From Epiperipatus broadwayi (Eukaryota; Animalia; Onychophora): a stretch of DNA of 64,000 nt. Location: the NCBI GenBank assembly GCA_028023455.1, contig JAQFVV010000002.1, positions 10,292,001 to 10,356,000 of the forward strand, read 5' to 3'. Positions 27,801 through 42,400 of this stretch are shown in pieces (positions within the stretch are counted from its first letter, which is position 1; each line of letters opens with the position of its first letter). Under the pieces are notes generated by a model. It saw only the letters and a list, made by a program, of their open reading frames with translations, ran no database searches and was not told where the DNA came from. The translations under genes were made by a program, and so were the position numbers.

Positions 27801-28374
27801 CCATATTTTGGTCAAACAGAGGAAGCATGTAACTAATATACTTGATTTACATGCAAGTTTAGGAATAAACATGTGCTTTAGTTAAAAAAAGAAGAGAGAG
27901 TTGGAATCAATATATATAAAAAATAGGGTCAATAGTCTATGATGTGTATATACCCAGGTAAGTACAAAAGCAATTACTGAGATATTTTAGAGCCAAATGA
28001 GATCGAGGAGAGGAGTTGATTCATATCAAATGCTGGACACTCCAGTATGTCGTTTAGTCCTTAGAGAAATCCAGTGAGTCTCAAAAGTGAACAGGATAAA
28101 GGTTAACAAGTTTAATAATGTGCCATTTGCAGTAGAGACATCAGTTGAGTTCAAACCATACAATCTTTACAATAACAAAAAAGACCCATACATAAATCTC
28201 ACTTTATTGTAATGCAATAAAATACAATTGTAAAAAAGCATGAAAATAATAATTGAGAAAATATTAGAAGATAAAATAGGTAGGCATTATAACCCTTCTT
28301 TGAAAAAGCAATTCAAATTAAATGTTAAAATGTTGATGATAGCATAAAATTTTAACCCTGTAAGGAAGGGGAGT

Positions 28375-28730
28375 TGTAAGGGTAGCTTACAATTCTCTCT
28401 AGACCAGCCCTTATATATCCACAACAGTAAATCAAACCCATTTAAAACCTAAACTAGATAATAGTTGTATACACACTATCAATTGTTTTATAATGCAAAA
28501 CTACATATATACACACATGCAATAATGCAAAACTACATATATACACACATGCAACAAAACTTTGTTTTATTAAGTCTTAAATTAAATAATATCACAATGG
28601 AATAATTTATCTTTTTTAAAGTAAAGTAAAAAAACCATTTAATAAGATCTTTCATATATATACTAACAATAAGATATATGTCAATGTATTAGTCATCATA
28701 AATTTATGACATCAACTTAGTAGACATAGT
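28375..28730 (+). mobile_element. Probable 3' LTR of the second Gypsy element
   Basis: PPT AAGGAAGGGGAG (28362-28373) is followed by TGTAAGGG. Internal 32-bp tandem repeat at 28491-28555. The end is uncertain. Confidence 0.5.
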
Positions 28731-31700
28731 GATGACCTAATGTCAAGTCAATACCCAGGCAACCAAGTATTAGAAATTGAGAGTAGAAATTTTATTACAC
28801 AATTTTAATTTTAATCACATCCATTTAGTAAATGCAATGATAGACAACTGCAGCAATGAAAAAGGAAATGGAAAAGCTCATGTACTAGGCAACGGAAACT
28901 AGGCTTGTTATAAAAGCAAACCCAGTTCATTCCCATTGTTTTTTGTTATTTATTGAAAGACCCAACCAATATGTCAAGATTGAATTTTAGAATGCAAGAA
29001 AAAATGGACAATTTGTTCAAAAATCTCAAATCAATCATAATTTTCATATCACAAAAAGTTGAAAGAAATCATAATCAACTTTTGACATAAGAAAAGTTGA
29101 TAATTTCTAGCATTTTAATGAAAAAATTGAACTGATTTTGAGTTGATAATTAAAATTAAAGATTGCGGTATTGTTCAAACAAGTAAAAAAGGAAGAAGTA
29201 CATCTATAATTTTCTAAATGCCAAATAACAAACTGAAGAAAAATAAATCTATTATAAATTACTAAGCAATGTATTCTGGCTAAATAAAGTCACCATAGAA
29301 CCCGAATGCTATTCTCCCAGCCATAGAAGTGTAATGATTTAATTCACTTATCTATATAATGTCTAAAGAAACATCAAACATCTTGAACAAAGTATCTTAA
29401 TGGATCCAGGAGAAAAGCAGCTTCAGAAAATGAAAGCAACACCATCCCAAGCATGTTGCTGATGAATTTGAATGATCAAGGAAGGATTTACCTAGAATAT
29501 AATGAAAGAAGGGTGATAGACTGTATCCATGAGAGATATTATCACTAGATTCATGGGCATTAATCTGGATGATAGAAGAAAATTTAACCTATTAAATGTT
29601 AAGATTTTTATATACACTTGTAAAATTCTATTCTCATTTCATTTCTATGCTTAAAAATTTCAATGTGCCTACACTTGGAAGAGTCCATATGTTTAAAATC
29701 AACATAGTATAGAAAGGAAAATGTATTAACTTAGATAATATTTTTATGTAAATAAAGTTTAGGTAAGTTCCCTTCATAGTGACTTGATATTTTGATCCCA
29801 TCAAGTAATATTGGAATAAGGTAAGACTTTTGATACTATTTCATACATGCACAATTACAGGACAGAATTTGTGTTGTTGTTTATTTATTTATTTATTTTA
29901 AGAGTCATTATATTTATTTTATTCTGTGTGAATGACTAATCTTCCTGTGTGGATGTTCTGTTCTGTCAACCATACTGACCATACTTAAGCAGGGTCCTAA
30001 AGAAAAGGGAGTATCAATCATTGGAATTTGATAATGAAGCTATTATATATGTCCTTGTAATATTGTAAATTAGTTAGTCAGCTTCATGGTCAATGTAATC
30101 ATTATTTTTTTTATTAATTCAATTTGCTGTGTAAATATTGAGTGCTAAGTTACATATCTTTTAATCGATAACATGGTAGACATGCATACTTGACACATAT
30201 AACTGCATCTTTTATTATGTTAAATGATTTGAAATTTTATTTGCTATTAATAAATTTTTTAATTTGATTTAAAATTAAATTGGTCTCTAGTTTATCAGAA
30301 TCATTTTATCAACTTATTTGACTATATATATTGTAACCTTCTAAAAGGGCACAAGGAACACATTTTTAAGTAAATGACATTGTGTCAGCAGTATCCAATT
30401 ATGTTTAACTAAAAAAAGTGAAATAACCAATTATGTTTAACTCAAAAAAGGTAAAATAATATGAAAATTTTGTATAGATTCACTTTAAAGAACCATAACC
30501 TTGTTTGAAGAAGTTACTTGCAGATGCTGTTTAGAAGTTTTAGAAACATTTAGTATTTCTTGATGAATATTTGTTGATAGAAGGAGGGTGGCTTGTCCCA
30601 TGAACTGTTAGTGTGTAGGTTGAGTTAATACAGATTCATTTTATTTGTCTGTGAGACAGTGTTTGATATTTGTTTTAGTGATTTGCTGGTTTAGTTGTTC
30701 ATTAGTACTTCAGTCCATAGCGTGGTTAATACAGTATGTTTGAGTAGTGGTTATATAAGGTTCTATTTGATCAGAATGGTTTAGTGTTTATATTGCAGCA
30801 TATATGTGTGCATGTGTGTTTGTGTCATTTTACAGCTTCATCTTTCATTCATGTATTTAATTATGATACTGAATATTATATTTTACAGTGAAATACATGT
30901 TTATAATCAACATCTCTGATAAACAGTTTGAATGCATTTTAATTGATTAATGGGTTGATGGATCGGTGGATTGTTGGGCAAACCAAATAAATTATCAACT
31001 ACTTTATTTGTTAAATAATTGTTTTTATTATTTAAAAGTGTAGAGAGTATTTTTTATTGATTTAATTTGATTAATATTATTTAGAAGCCAGAATGATTAT
31101 TCTTTTTCAAGAGAGAAAAGGTTATTGAATATTTCCAGTTAATTATCTTAGTGCAAAGGGTGTGATTGACCTTCTTTAAGTTTACCTTTGGGAGAAGTGA
31201 CCTCTTGATTGGTGAAGGAAAATAGATATTTAAGCAATAGTAGGTAAAAAAAAAAAAAAAGGAAAAAAGAAATTTTTTTAAAAATTTTTTCTCTCTCTCT
31301 ACATGGTAGTTGCAATCACCGTCTTCTGGAGATCAAGCTAATTGATATTCAATTTAAATTTTAAAGTATTTTTTGTATAAAACTAGTATCTAAAGAAAAA
31401 AATTTTTTTTAATAAAGAAAGAACGAGAACGTAGTCAACTTCAAGCAAGGTATATCACACTCTTTCAATCAACTAACTTTTAGATTTAATCTTGTTGTTT
31501 AAAATGTGTATGTGTGTCTATCACTCAGAGTTAACTTACATAACCTCAATCTTTAGTATTAATAATGAAATGGAATTGGGTGAAATTTGCTATTTTGTGT
31601 GAAAAGTTATGCTGAACTTTGTAATAAAACATTCCATAGCCTCTAGATTAAAAATTCTTCTAGCTGTATAAAGATAAAACTCAGAGGAAAGGATGCATGC

Positions 31701-34700
31701 CTAATTTAGTATATCATGCTATAAATCTTTATCAGGTGAGAATTATATCTAATCATTCATATATCATAGGATTAAGGAATTGAATGTGTGGCTTATATAG
31801 AACTAACAAATAACTAATGTCTATTAAATTTGCATATAACTTAACTTGAGTGGAAGAGTGTGAATATTATATGTGTATATTTTACTCATTGTTCCCCTCA
31901 TTTATACTCAACCTATTAAAATATTGTTGTTTAAGGAATTGTGTATACTTAGATGAATATCATAAATGGATAAACTATTCACTAATCGGTGGCCTTTGAC
32001 AAGTTATTATGAACACCCAGATAAATACAATTATAGTTAATGTTAATTTGTGGAAAACTAGTGCGCCCTGTGGAAATTCATAAAACTTGTTGCTGAGTCA
32101 TAAATTGCATAATTACCAGTGAATTAAATGATAAAATATTATTAGAAATCTGCAACAGTAAACATTAATTTATCACTATCAAAAAAAAAGGAAAGGAAAA
32201 GAGAAGAAATATTGAATACCTTGCATGCTATTTTGTTGGCAATCTCAATTAGCTGTTTCTAAGAACCTTTGAAATTGCCTCTCAATTGGATCTAAAATGT
32301 GTATTGTCTTCATGTTTACTAATATTTATTAATTTTGTAATTATTATCTTCGTATATGCCTGAGAAGCTTTATTTATTTAAAGCAGATTTAATCATTTCT
32401 TTTACTGTCAGTTTAAGATAGATAGGTAGATTAATTTATTTATCTTATATGTTGTTTCTCAGACACATATAATATGAAAGTATTGTACTGGGTAATTGAT
32501 TATCATTTAGATGTAATTTCTTTTATACATGTTTTCTATATGCTTATGTTAGTGGTAGAAGTGTTTATTGAAGGGCTATCTATTTAACAAACTGTGATAT
32601 TAATAATTATTGGATATTAGATAACCAGCAATCACCAAACAAAAGTTTATGATAAACAAAGGATTATTTATAGTGACCGAAAAGCTTTTGTTTTCATTGG
32701 CCACTTCCTCAATCATCACTAATTATAATTCAGAATAAGCAAAAACTTATTTACATAATATAGTTGTTTACTTAAATGAATGACAGATGTAAATCCAAAA
32801 TCTTATTAAGCATGTTGCTGCCCTGCATAATTTAATTCAGTGATAAGGTAATGAAATCTGGGCTCTAAATCTATGGATTTTGATTTTAGCTGCCACTTCC
32901 AGCTTAAATTTCTATTAATTGTAATAAAATAATCTAATACTTTACACATATGCTGTTTCTACATATCTTGTATGTGCAGTATAACTATCAATATCAAGTA
33001 TGAATGATGATACACTGTGATGCAGGGACTTTTTAAAGTGTATAATATAGCTTTAAATTTATTGCATTAAAAATGATTGAATGTTTGTTGCTTGGAAGAT
33101 CATTTGATGTTTGAGAATTGAAAGTAACAGAATTGAGCTTTAATTTATGAACCTTTAGCTTTTTCCACTTTATTACTGTACTAAATAAAGCAGGATATGA
33201 ATCGTGTTAAGAAATTGGTGAGCAATATCAATGATCACATTTTATCTCTTGGACAGGCAACTAATACTTTTAGGTATCTGCAGAATGCATGACAATCCCA
33301 AGTACAGTTTGTAAAAATATACATCTATACATTCTACTACTATCTTCCTATGAGAAATATTGGAGAAGCTTTTGCCCTTAATGACTTATTTACAAGCTGT
33401 TTTAGTATATTTTACATTCTAAATTATATAGAACAAATTATTTTGATTATTAATTTCGAAATATTGCAATATATATACTAAAATGACAAATTTGTCCTTT
33501 AAAAACTGAAACAGGAAATTGTAAGAAATTACTTATGAAATAATTATATTTCACCTCCTCTTGCTGTTTACATCAAGCAAATCCCTAGGAGGAAGTAGCT
33601 ATCTTAATCATAAGATTGATATAAAAAGCATGTCTGATATTGTATGGTTGTCATCAGGCTACAGATGGTATAAGTAGTCAGCAATGTCAACAGTTGATTA
33701 GACGGGTATTGTTTGCACTCAGATTAACCTTTTTTTATATATAAAATTGGAAAAATAGTTTTACAATTACTTTATCACAAATAACTATAAATATGTTATT
33801 ATTAAATAACTCGAATTTTTAAACCATCTGCTCATCGCCGCCCATCTCTTTTTTTATTATCTGATTGCATAATCATTATATCATTCTTATGTTTTCGTTC
33901 ATATTTTTACATTTCTATATTTTTTAATGGAAATGAGTTTTTTTGTCACTTTTCTATTAAATTTCAAAATAAATTATATATATAATTTAACTTATTTAAC
34001 ATTATAAATATTTTGTATCTACGTGCATACATATAATAAAACTGAAATCTATATTCTTTTAGAATTAAATACAACTAGTAAATAAAAGATTTCTAAATAA
34101 ATATGAATATTTGTTATTAACTCTTGCATTTACAAGATAATTATATTTTTGAGGAGCTAGCATTATATTTTTATATAAACTTTCAAATGTCTTAATCGCA
34201 ATCTTTCAACTATCATTTAGTCTATTGTTTGTTAGCGCTTATTATAGAGAGGTGAAACAAAATCACTGTTATTTGATACAGATTGCTGTAAAATAGAGAA
34301 AACTTTAACCTTATAACTAGTCACCAAAATATATAGACGTGGAGCTAATTTATAAAGTTTAGTAAAAAAGTTGCTTGGTCATTCAAAACAATGGGTGTTT
34401 GAAAATTTAAAACTATTAGTTGTTTACTCAATGAAGGCTAAATATCTAAAAACTATTAATAAAGATCTGTTTGTATTGCATTTAATAATCATTAATTGTG
34501 TATATGCTGTTCAATGCAATAATCTATACAATTCATTAAATAGTTGGTAATCACTTTCACTTTAATCTAATGTCATATATTGACAATTTGACCACATTTG
34601 TACAGACCCCAGTATCAAGTAATTATTTAAAATCAACCTAATTGCCTACATTTAGCTTTTGCACTTTTAATACTGTCTGGACTGTTTTATTTACTTTATT

Positions 34701-34911
34701 TTATTCATTGAAGCCTTATGGTTAATCGTTTAATTTATAAATTTAGAGTAATTCTTGAAAAAAAAACATTTATCCAGGATTATTGTATTTAGTAAACACT
34801 TTTTATGCCAAAATATTACATTTTTACTTGAGTATGAATAACAATTTTTTCTTCTTATATATAAATGATTAAAGAATATTTTATGAACTTTAATAGCAAA
34901 TGTGATAAGCT

Positions 34912-34988
34912 TATCATCATCATCATCACCATCATCATCAACCATTATCATCCATTGCAGGATGAAGGTCTCTCCAAGTTCAATCCAT
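34912..34988 (-). mobile_element. Extremely 5'-truncated RTE copy (3' UTR plus (GAT)n tail)
   Basis: Reverse complement ATGGATTGAACTTGGAGAGACCTTCATCCTGCAATGGATGATAATGGTTGATGATG... matches 59835-59905. Confidence 0.88.
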
Positions 34989-35329
34989 AGAGAGAGAAAT
35001 AAAGTTTAATTTGCAAAATGAACTGTTTATTCATGCAGTTTCTTTTTTAAAACAGAAAGAAGTTTATCATTGGTATAATTAAAATTTCTATCTACCACTA
35101 TTATAGCTGAGTTTTTAAAAAAACTTTTATTAAATCTTATAAATTATGGGGAAAATATTTTGATCTTTTGCTATAGAATATACAACAATTATGAATATGT
35201 AATATAATGTAATTTATAAAGGTAAGATTATAGAACTGACTTCAAAATTTCATCATCGAATTTTATTTTTAAAAACTTTGTGTTAATGATAATTCCATTC
35301 TATTCTTCTGGCCTTTTGTGTAATTTGTA

Positions 35330-37340
35330 CAATGGAATATATTTATTGTGCAAAATGTGGGATGAGTATCATTGTTTAATTTAGGATTAGTTGCTATATG
35401 TATATTGTGATATCAGAATGTAAAATGTTAAACAAGGCTTTAAATTATAATAACAAAGACTTTTGACGTTCTTGGTTTTAATTAACTGTTAAAAATTTTG
35501 CATTTTATAAAGAATATATTTCTTTTCTGAAATAATAAGTTGCAATTTATATATCAGCAAATGTTCTAAGCCAGTGGTCTTCAACCTTTTCACACCTGCA
35601 GTCCGGTAAAAGTAAGAATAAGGTTCCGCGGACCAGCAAAAATAAGGATAAGATTTCGCAGACAGGCAGAAGACTATAGATAAAATTTTTTAAAGATAAG
35701 CATAATTGTTATAACTGATGAAAACAACAATGTTAAATATATAAGATAAAGTTTTATATATATATGGAGTTTATATAATAAAAAACTTTTTTTTAAATTT
35801 TTTTAGAAAAGTAATAAAAAATTCAATTCTACCCCCCCCCCCCCATAAACATCTGTGATAACTAGAAAAACAAATTAATTTATGAATGATTGATTAGATT
35901 TTGTTTTCGTTCTGTTTTCTTTTTTTTTTAATTGAGTAAAAATGAGATGAAAAAAATAAATAAAAATTGGCTCTTATTATTTATTATTACAAACTTTTTA
36001 CTGCCTGTCTAGCACGCGGACCTGCAGAAAAGTTCAACGGCCTGGCACCAGGCCGTGGACCAAGGGTTGAAGAACACTGTTCTAAGCAATATTCAAGGAC
36101 ATTCTCTATTTTTATATATATCTTGACCCAATATCTATGCTTCAATGACTGATTTCAGTTTAATGAAAATATTTTAAGAATATATAAAAAAATTTAGTGA
36201 GTTAAATTTTCATTAACTGTTTAACTATTTCATTTTAACTAGTTTTTAAGGATGTGAATGTGAAAGAAGAATTATTAGCAATATTACCTTTAAAGAAGAA
36301 AGCATGACTTGAATATGCTCCATGTATTTTCATAAAATATGTAGAAGAAAAAAATCCAATTTATAAAGTTATATCAATGACAATTGATAGGTTACCATCA
36401 CTGATTGTAACAATTGATGAATTTTTAGTTTGGTGTCACAGATGATGATTTTTACAGATGTTTTCCTATTAATGCATTAATCATTAGCAGGCTCTCTGTA
36501 AATATATGTCATATTATGGGAATCTGCATGAAAATGTGAACCCATTAGAGATAAAAATTTCTCAGAGAAGAATATTTCAGGTTCAACTAAAAATTGAATC
36601 TGAATACAGTGAATTGTTGTATTTTGCAGATGTTTTTAAGTTCAGGAATATTTTTTACAAATGTTTAAAATATATTACAAGAGATAAAAGATTTTTTAAG
36701 GTCAAGAGAAGTAACACACATTGAACTTAATAATGATGTTTGAGTAATGTATTTAGCTTTAGCTAACATAACAAACCATCTTAATATACTAAATTTACAA
36801 TTGCAAGGAAGAACCAAAACATAAATAGATATATTAATTTGCTATTATCTGTCTGTTTGATGAAGAATAAATTGAAAAATTTCAAAAACATTCCTGATGA
36901 ATTGTCAAAAAATGGAAGTACATTTCACAAAAACAAACATTATGAGAAATATTAACTCTTCACTCTGAATGTGAAAGACATTTTCAAAACTTTAACAGGC
37001 AAACATCAATAGTTACATTCATGAATTATCTATTGGATAATTGTTGATGTGGAACAAATGACTAAGAATATATTTTCTTTATCTGTGAAGGAAAATAAAA
37101 TTTTCCTGCAAAATATCTTAATTTTAAAAACACAGTTCATAATTTAAAAAATCACTTTTGGAGTCTAATGAACAATGAAAAATATCCAATTTTTTTTTAC
37201 AAACTCACATTTAGTATTGTTTTAGTTTCACTTACTTATCCAACTCTTTATTTTCAACAATGAATATAATTAAATCAAAATACCTTTCCCATCTCATAAA
37301 ACAACTTAGAATCATGTGCAAAAATTTATCAAGATATTCA
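35330..37340 (+). pseudogene. hAT transposase relic (SPIN/Buster/GTF2IRD2-like)
   Basis: In-order motifs: FKDVNVKEELLAILPLK (36245), FGVTD (36430), ESEYSELLYFADV (36596), ITNHLNILNLQLQG (36770), FWSLMNNEKYP (37157), LFSTMNIIKSKY (37245). Many stops and frameshifts; interrupted by a MITE. Confidence 0.78.
35572..36079. mobile_element. hAT-family MITE
   Basis: TIRs CAGTGGTCTTCAACCT / GGGTTGAAGAACACTG with an exact 8-bp TSD TTCTAAGC (35564-35571 and 36080-36087). CpGs are retained. Confidence 0.92.
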
Positions 37341-37481
37341 AGATTATGATACAGCATACAAATCTTGACAATTTAATAAATTTTCATGCTTCTACTTTGG
37401 AATTTATATTTTATACTGATTTTTTTATTGTGTATTAAAAATTCTTAATAATAAAAAATCAATATTATTTGTGATAATTGA

Positions 37482-37644
<163 letters not shown>

Positions 37645-38639
37645 AATATATAGTTGTGGACATTTGAGAAAGTTACAAGTAGCACTTGCCCAGTAAATGT
37701 CTGCTTTCCTCTGTTATAGATGGTTAAAAGAGATGATTATTTAAAGATTTAAGCCTTTAACTTAGACATCTGAATAATAATACTCAGTTTTTTCATTGTT
37801 CAATTGCCATCATAATTTGAGCTCTATATTAGTTTTTTCAGATGTTCCATATGAAGATTAAACCATATTTTAAATCAGATTTTGCTGCCCCATATTGTAC
37901 TAATATAGTCTAATGTACCATATTTTAATAAAAAAAGTAAAGTTATAATTATTATGATTAAATTGTAACTATTCTTTTTTAATAATCCATTATAAATTGA
38001 TATATAAACAATAAAAATGATCAATTTGAGAACATAATTACAATTTACTGCACAGGCATGGCAGTGACAGTTTCTTTCATTAGTTGCTTTTTATTTAGTA
38101 TAAATATTTTATTTATAATTTTGTAAAAAATATAATGCTTTTTCTGATTTTCAAACAGTTTTATTTGGATATTATGGGATGAAGTAACGCTATAGTATGT
38201 GTTATTTCAATAATTATTAAAATTTTCACCTTTTTCGAATATATAATATTTCATTAATACATAAAATTCCCTATGTGGTTTGGTACAGTCATTAGAGCAT
38301 CCAATTTGGCATTGGGAAGTCCCATGATTGACTTTGGCATTCACAGTTTTGGTGCTTGAGTTTCTTATGAATTCCCAAGCAATAAAACCATTAGCATTTC
38401 TTTTATAATAAAATATATAATTAAAACTTTTTTTTTAATAATATCAAAATAAATCAAATTTTGTTAATTTTTTTAATCCCTTAATAATACCAAATATGAA
38501 GGCATATTTTTAATGATGATTAGAGAAGTTTGAACATTTATTATTGCATATGTAGGATGATAGGATATTATATAATACAATAACTCTCAGAAACACAAAT
38601 TGAGCATTTGAAGTTCCATTTCTAAAACTAAGAACTAAC

Positions 38640-38880
38640 ACCAATGGCAATGAATTATTTCATCAGGTGAAACTTCTCAAAAACATTTCAAAGAAAGCAA
38701 TATGTCTGAAGAGTAATACAAAAAATCTTGCTATTAAAAATGGAGAGCTATATTAAAACAAATTAAGTTTCAAGAACAGTATTTTGAATTGCTCAAATTT
38801 TGTAAATATTTGTTTGGCATTACTGCTCACAACAATGTTGAAAGAATTTTTTCATTAATATCAATTCAGTAATAAATCAT
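38640..38880 (+). pseudogene. hAT C-terminal dimerisation-domain relic (second family)
   Basis: KWRAILKQ...YFELLKFCKYLFGITAHNNVERIFSLISIQ matches the hAT P..NA.VERIFS motif. Confidence 0.62.
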
Positions 38881-39090
38881 AGATTTATGCTTTATGCTTG
38901 TCAATTATATTAATAATAAAGTTGTGCTAACACACATATAATGTAAAGCTGTATAAATTAATAAATTAATTTTAATCAACAAATTAAAATAGCTAAACAC
39001 TTAAGAAAGTGTATTTTTTATAATCATAGCCTGTGACTCTCTCATTGGAATCATTATATAAGTATAATATGCAAACTTTATGCAAATGAG

Positions 39091-39420
39091 TCAATAAGCC
39101 CATCTTTTGAATATAGCAAAACATGATTCTTTGCCATTAATGGCAAAGGAGTCTTCCTCTACGAAGTAAGCTTCATTTACCTTACATTCAACATTGTGCC
39201 TCTCAGTAAATACCAATTTTGCAGAGGTGAGCTCGAACTCATGTCTGGATACTTTTTGATGTGCAAAAACTGAAGACCCTTCTGAGTTAGTATGTGACTT
39301 ATTATACCTATATTTATGCTGTGACAACCTAGTAGCTATGGAGGCGCTGGTCTCTTATGAAGCTTTGCATCCATTGTGAGGCCATGCAATGTTATACATG
39401 ACCTGTGGGGTCTGAAAAGA
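39091..39420 (-). pseudogene. Penelope-like element GIY-YIG endonuclease relic
   Basis: Minus strand VMYNIAWPHNGCKAS*ET...IATRLSQHK...SSVFAHQ...HEFE...VNEAYF parallels VVY.IPC..C.ASYIGET...L..RL.EH...S.LA.H...H.FD...EA.FI. Confidence 0.7.
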
Positions 39421-42400
39421 GCTATGGTGACTTTAGTATTGTTAATAAGCCTATTAATTGAGAAAGGACTGACAGAAGTAAGATGTAAGTGATAATATTG
39501 GAAGCAGTTTCATAGTATTTACTTATCATCAATATCTCTTATAAAGACTTCTATAAAATTGCAATAGATGATTCAGTTTTGTAAGAGAATCCTGAAGATC
39601 TTTATTAATGTAAGGCCTGCATTATATCTTATTATAATATTCTTATTTTATGATCTTTAATTGTTTTTATGATTTGGAGTTGATTTTTTGAAAAACATCC
39701 ATATCCCATATTTGGTTTTCTAATATCTGACAACCCACTTTATATTATACATGAATAAAGATCAAAAACCAAATAGTTATAACAGCAATATGTATATGAA
39801 TATAAAAACTATATTAAGAGCAAAACTTTAGTAACATTCGCGTAGCTAAAGCATTTATATACTCATTATAAGAGCAAGTATACAACATTATTCATACATA
39901 TGAATTTGCAGTATAATTAATAGTCTTTATTAATTATTTTGGAAATTTGTAAAACAAACTTATGAAAAAATAATTATTATTTATACGTTTGTTTTTTTAA
40001 CTATTGATAAAATTGTCAAATAATTTAATATTTCATTTAATAATTCTAATGAAAAATGGTTAAAAAACTTTTGTTGAAAAAAAAAGCAAAAAGTTGTTGT
40101 TTTGCCCTATTTTGAAATTTATCAGATAAAATCCTATAACATTGGTTAAAAGTTAAATTTTTTTTTGTGCAATTCTATTTTTTGTTTGTTCCTAAATTGA
40201 GATGCAATGTATTATCAGCTGAATCCACATCAATATTTAAAGTGAAATAAATGCTTAATCCAGAGAATAAACTTAACAAAACAAAGTTTATTAAATCTAT
40301 ATCAACAAATAATTATAAATCTTTATCTATATAACTACCTCACTTGAAAGTTATGTTAAACTCTGTTGTGAATATAATTATATATCTTCTCATTGTAGAT
40401 ACTCATCTTCATCTCTATGGCTTAATCCTATTACTCTACAGCCATCTTCTCTTGTCAGCACTATACATATACTCAACTGCTGTTCATCTTCTCTCTTTTG
40501 CCATTTTCAGTAGATTTTTAGCATCAGCATAACTTTATATCTGCATAATTAGAATAATTTGTATATTCTAAAAATTTGCATACATTGTTTTTCTAGTGTT
40601 CAGCAATAAGGGTGTTAATCACTATCCCATCTGATTATTTGTTATATATAACATTTTAATTTTATTTGACATCACATGATACATAGATTTAGTCAGGCAC
40701 TGCAATTCTAACAATGTCATTAATTATGGTATATCCTACTTCTAGATATGTACCATTCTGCTCAGATTTAATGTCAACACTGACTTTTTCCACTGAGTTT
40801 AATTTATTCATAATATATACATATGCATGCAAGATAACCCAGATGATTGTGAAAATGTTTGAAAAACAATTTTTTGAAAGCACTTATTTGATATAATTAG
40901 TAAAATTATACCATTGTATTTAATCATGTTATTCAGTCTGAACTTTTCCTAAATTAAAATTCAAAACAAAAATTATGACAATTTGCAAAAAAAATTTAAA
41001 AAATTATAAATAATAAAAGTTTAAACTCTTTGTACAATTTTTGAATTAAACTTTTATATATAATAAATGTTTATGTGTTTCTCAATAAAAGAATGACAAT
41101 GCTGTTTCAAAAGATTTATTGCTACTTATCAGTGTCAAAAATTAATGTCAATTTGAGAAATTAATGTTCATTTTTGAAATTGTTGTATTGAAATCATTGT
41201 TAGAGCTTTAGACAATCAGTATGTTGTATAATTTCTTTAAAATAATTGTTTTTGGGGGTTTGTAACTTATTTTTTAATATTATCAGTTTTTAACATTTTA
41301 AGAATATTTCATCTTAGTAACTATTAGAAATTTGTTTAGGGTGCATTTTTTTAATGCTTTTATTAATTTTGGAAAATTGGTTTGTATGTTACCTTTTGAA
41401 ATTTTTCAAGTTACAATGAAATTTTAAAATTGAGGTTTTGAATATTTAAATTCAATAGAATTGCTTAAAAATTGATATATGACTAAGTTATATCACACTA
41501 ATTTATTTGAAATATTTATCTTTTCAGTGTGTCAACTTTTAATAGATATGGAATGATGGGAGGGGAAAATATGAAAAATATTTAATAACTTCACATATTG
41601 CAGTTAACAATTATTCATAGAATTTTCCATTGTTTCAAATAATAGTCATGAGAAGGCAGTATAATTCATTGTTCTTTCAATTTAATAACATTTTAAAAAT
41701 CATTTTAAACTCTTAAGATATATATCATATTTAGTATGTGTATGTAATTATATATTATAATGGTAATTCCCATTGTGTTATTTAAAAAAAATTAATTATA
41801 TAATCAAACTCAGCTAATCATTTATTTTTTGAGTAAATAAATGCTTTGTTTAAATAATGTTTTTTATTAATAATATTTGAAATAGCAAAATGTCAAAATA
41901 ATAAAATGTTGTAAATCAGATAAGTATTATTAAAGATTGGTTATTTATAAAGTGATAGTAAAAAAAAGAAAATTACTATTCATAAGGAAATAAATCTTTA
42001 CTATGTATTATTGTACTTACTTTGTGAAGAGTATTAATTTATTATATTAGGTTTTAAAAAAGCAAATTCATTTTCATTATTTTTTAAAAAACTGATCATT
42101 GTTGTATTTTAAGTTTAAACAAGGATTTATTTTTTGGATGCTGTTAAATTCATCAACAATGAAAACAGTTGACTTTTTTTACTGGGGATAGCAGTTAAAC
42201 AAAAAACTAACCATTTTTTTCTGTCTCTTCATTAAAAAAATAATTTTTTTAAAACCTAAGATGCAGTTAACCAGAGAAATGACAGGCAGAAAAGATAAAC
42301 TTGAAACCTGGGGGCTATCTCCAAATCAACAAGGTACTTCAAATGGCAAAGACAATAAAGCATAATAACATTGGCTATCATTAAGCAATTGTGATCTTAT

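Noticed and set aside
31664-31735. 72-nt AG...GT-bounded open segment (LYKDKTQRKGCMPNLVYHAINLYQ)
   Set aside because: No recognisable homology or compositional contrast; expected by chance in 64 kb.
40380-40890. Minus-strand codon-like stretch (YADAKNLLKMAKE) resembling DNA-transposon accessory proteins
   Set aside because: Too degraded to assign by eye.
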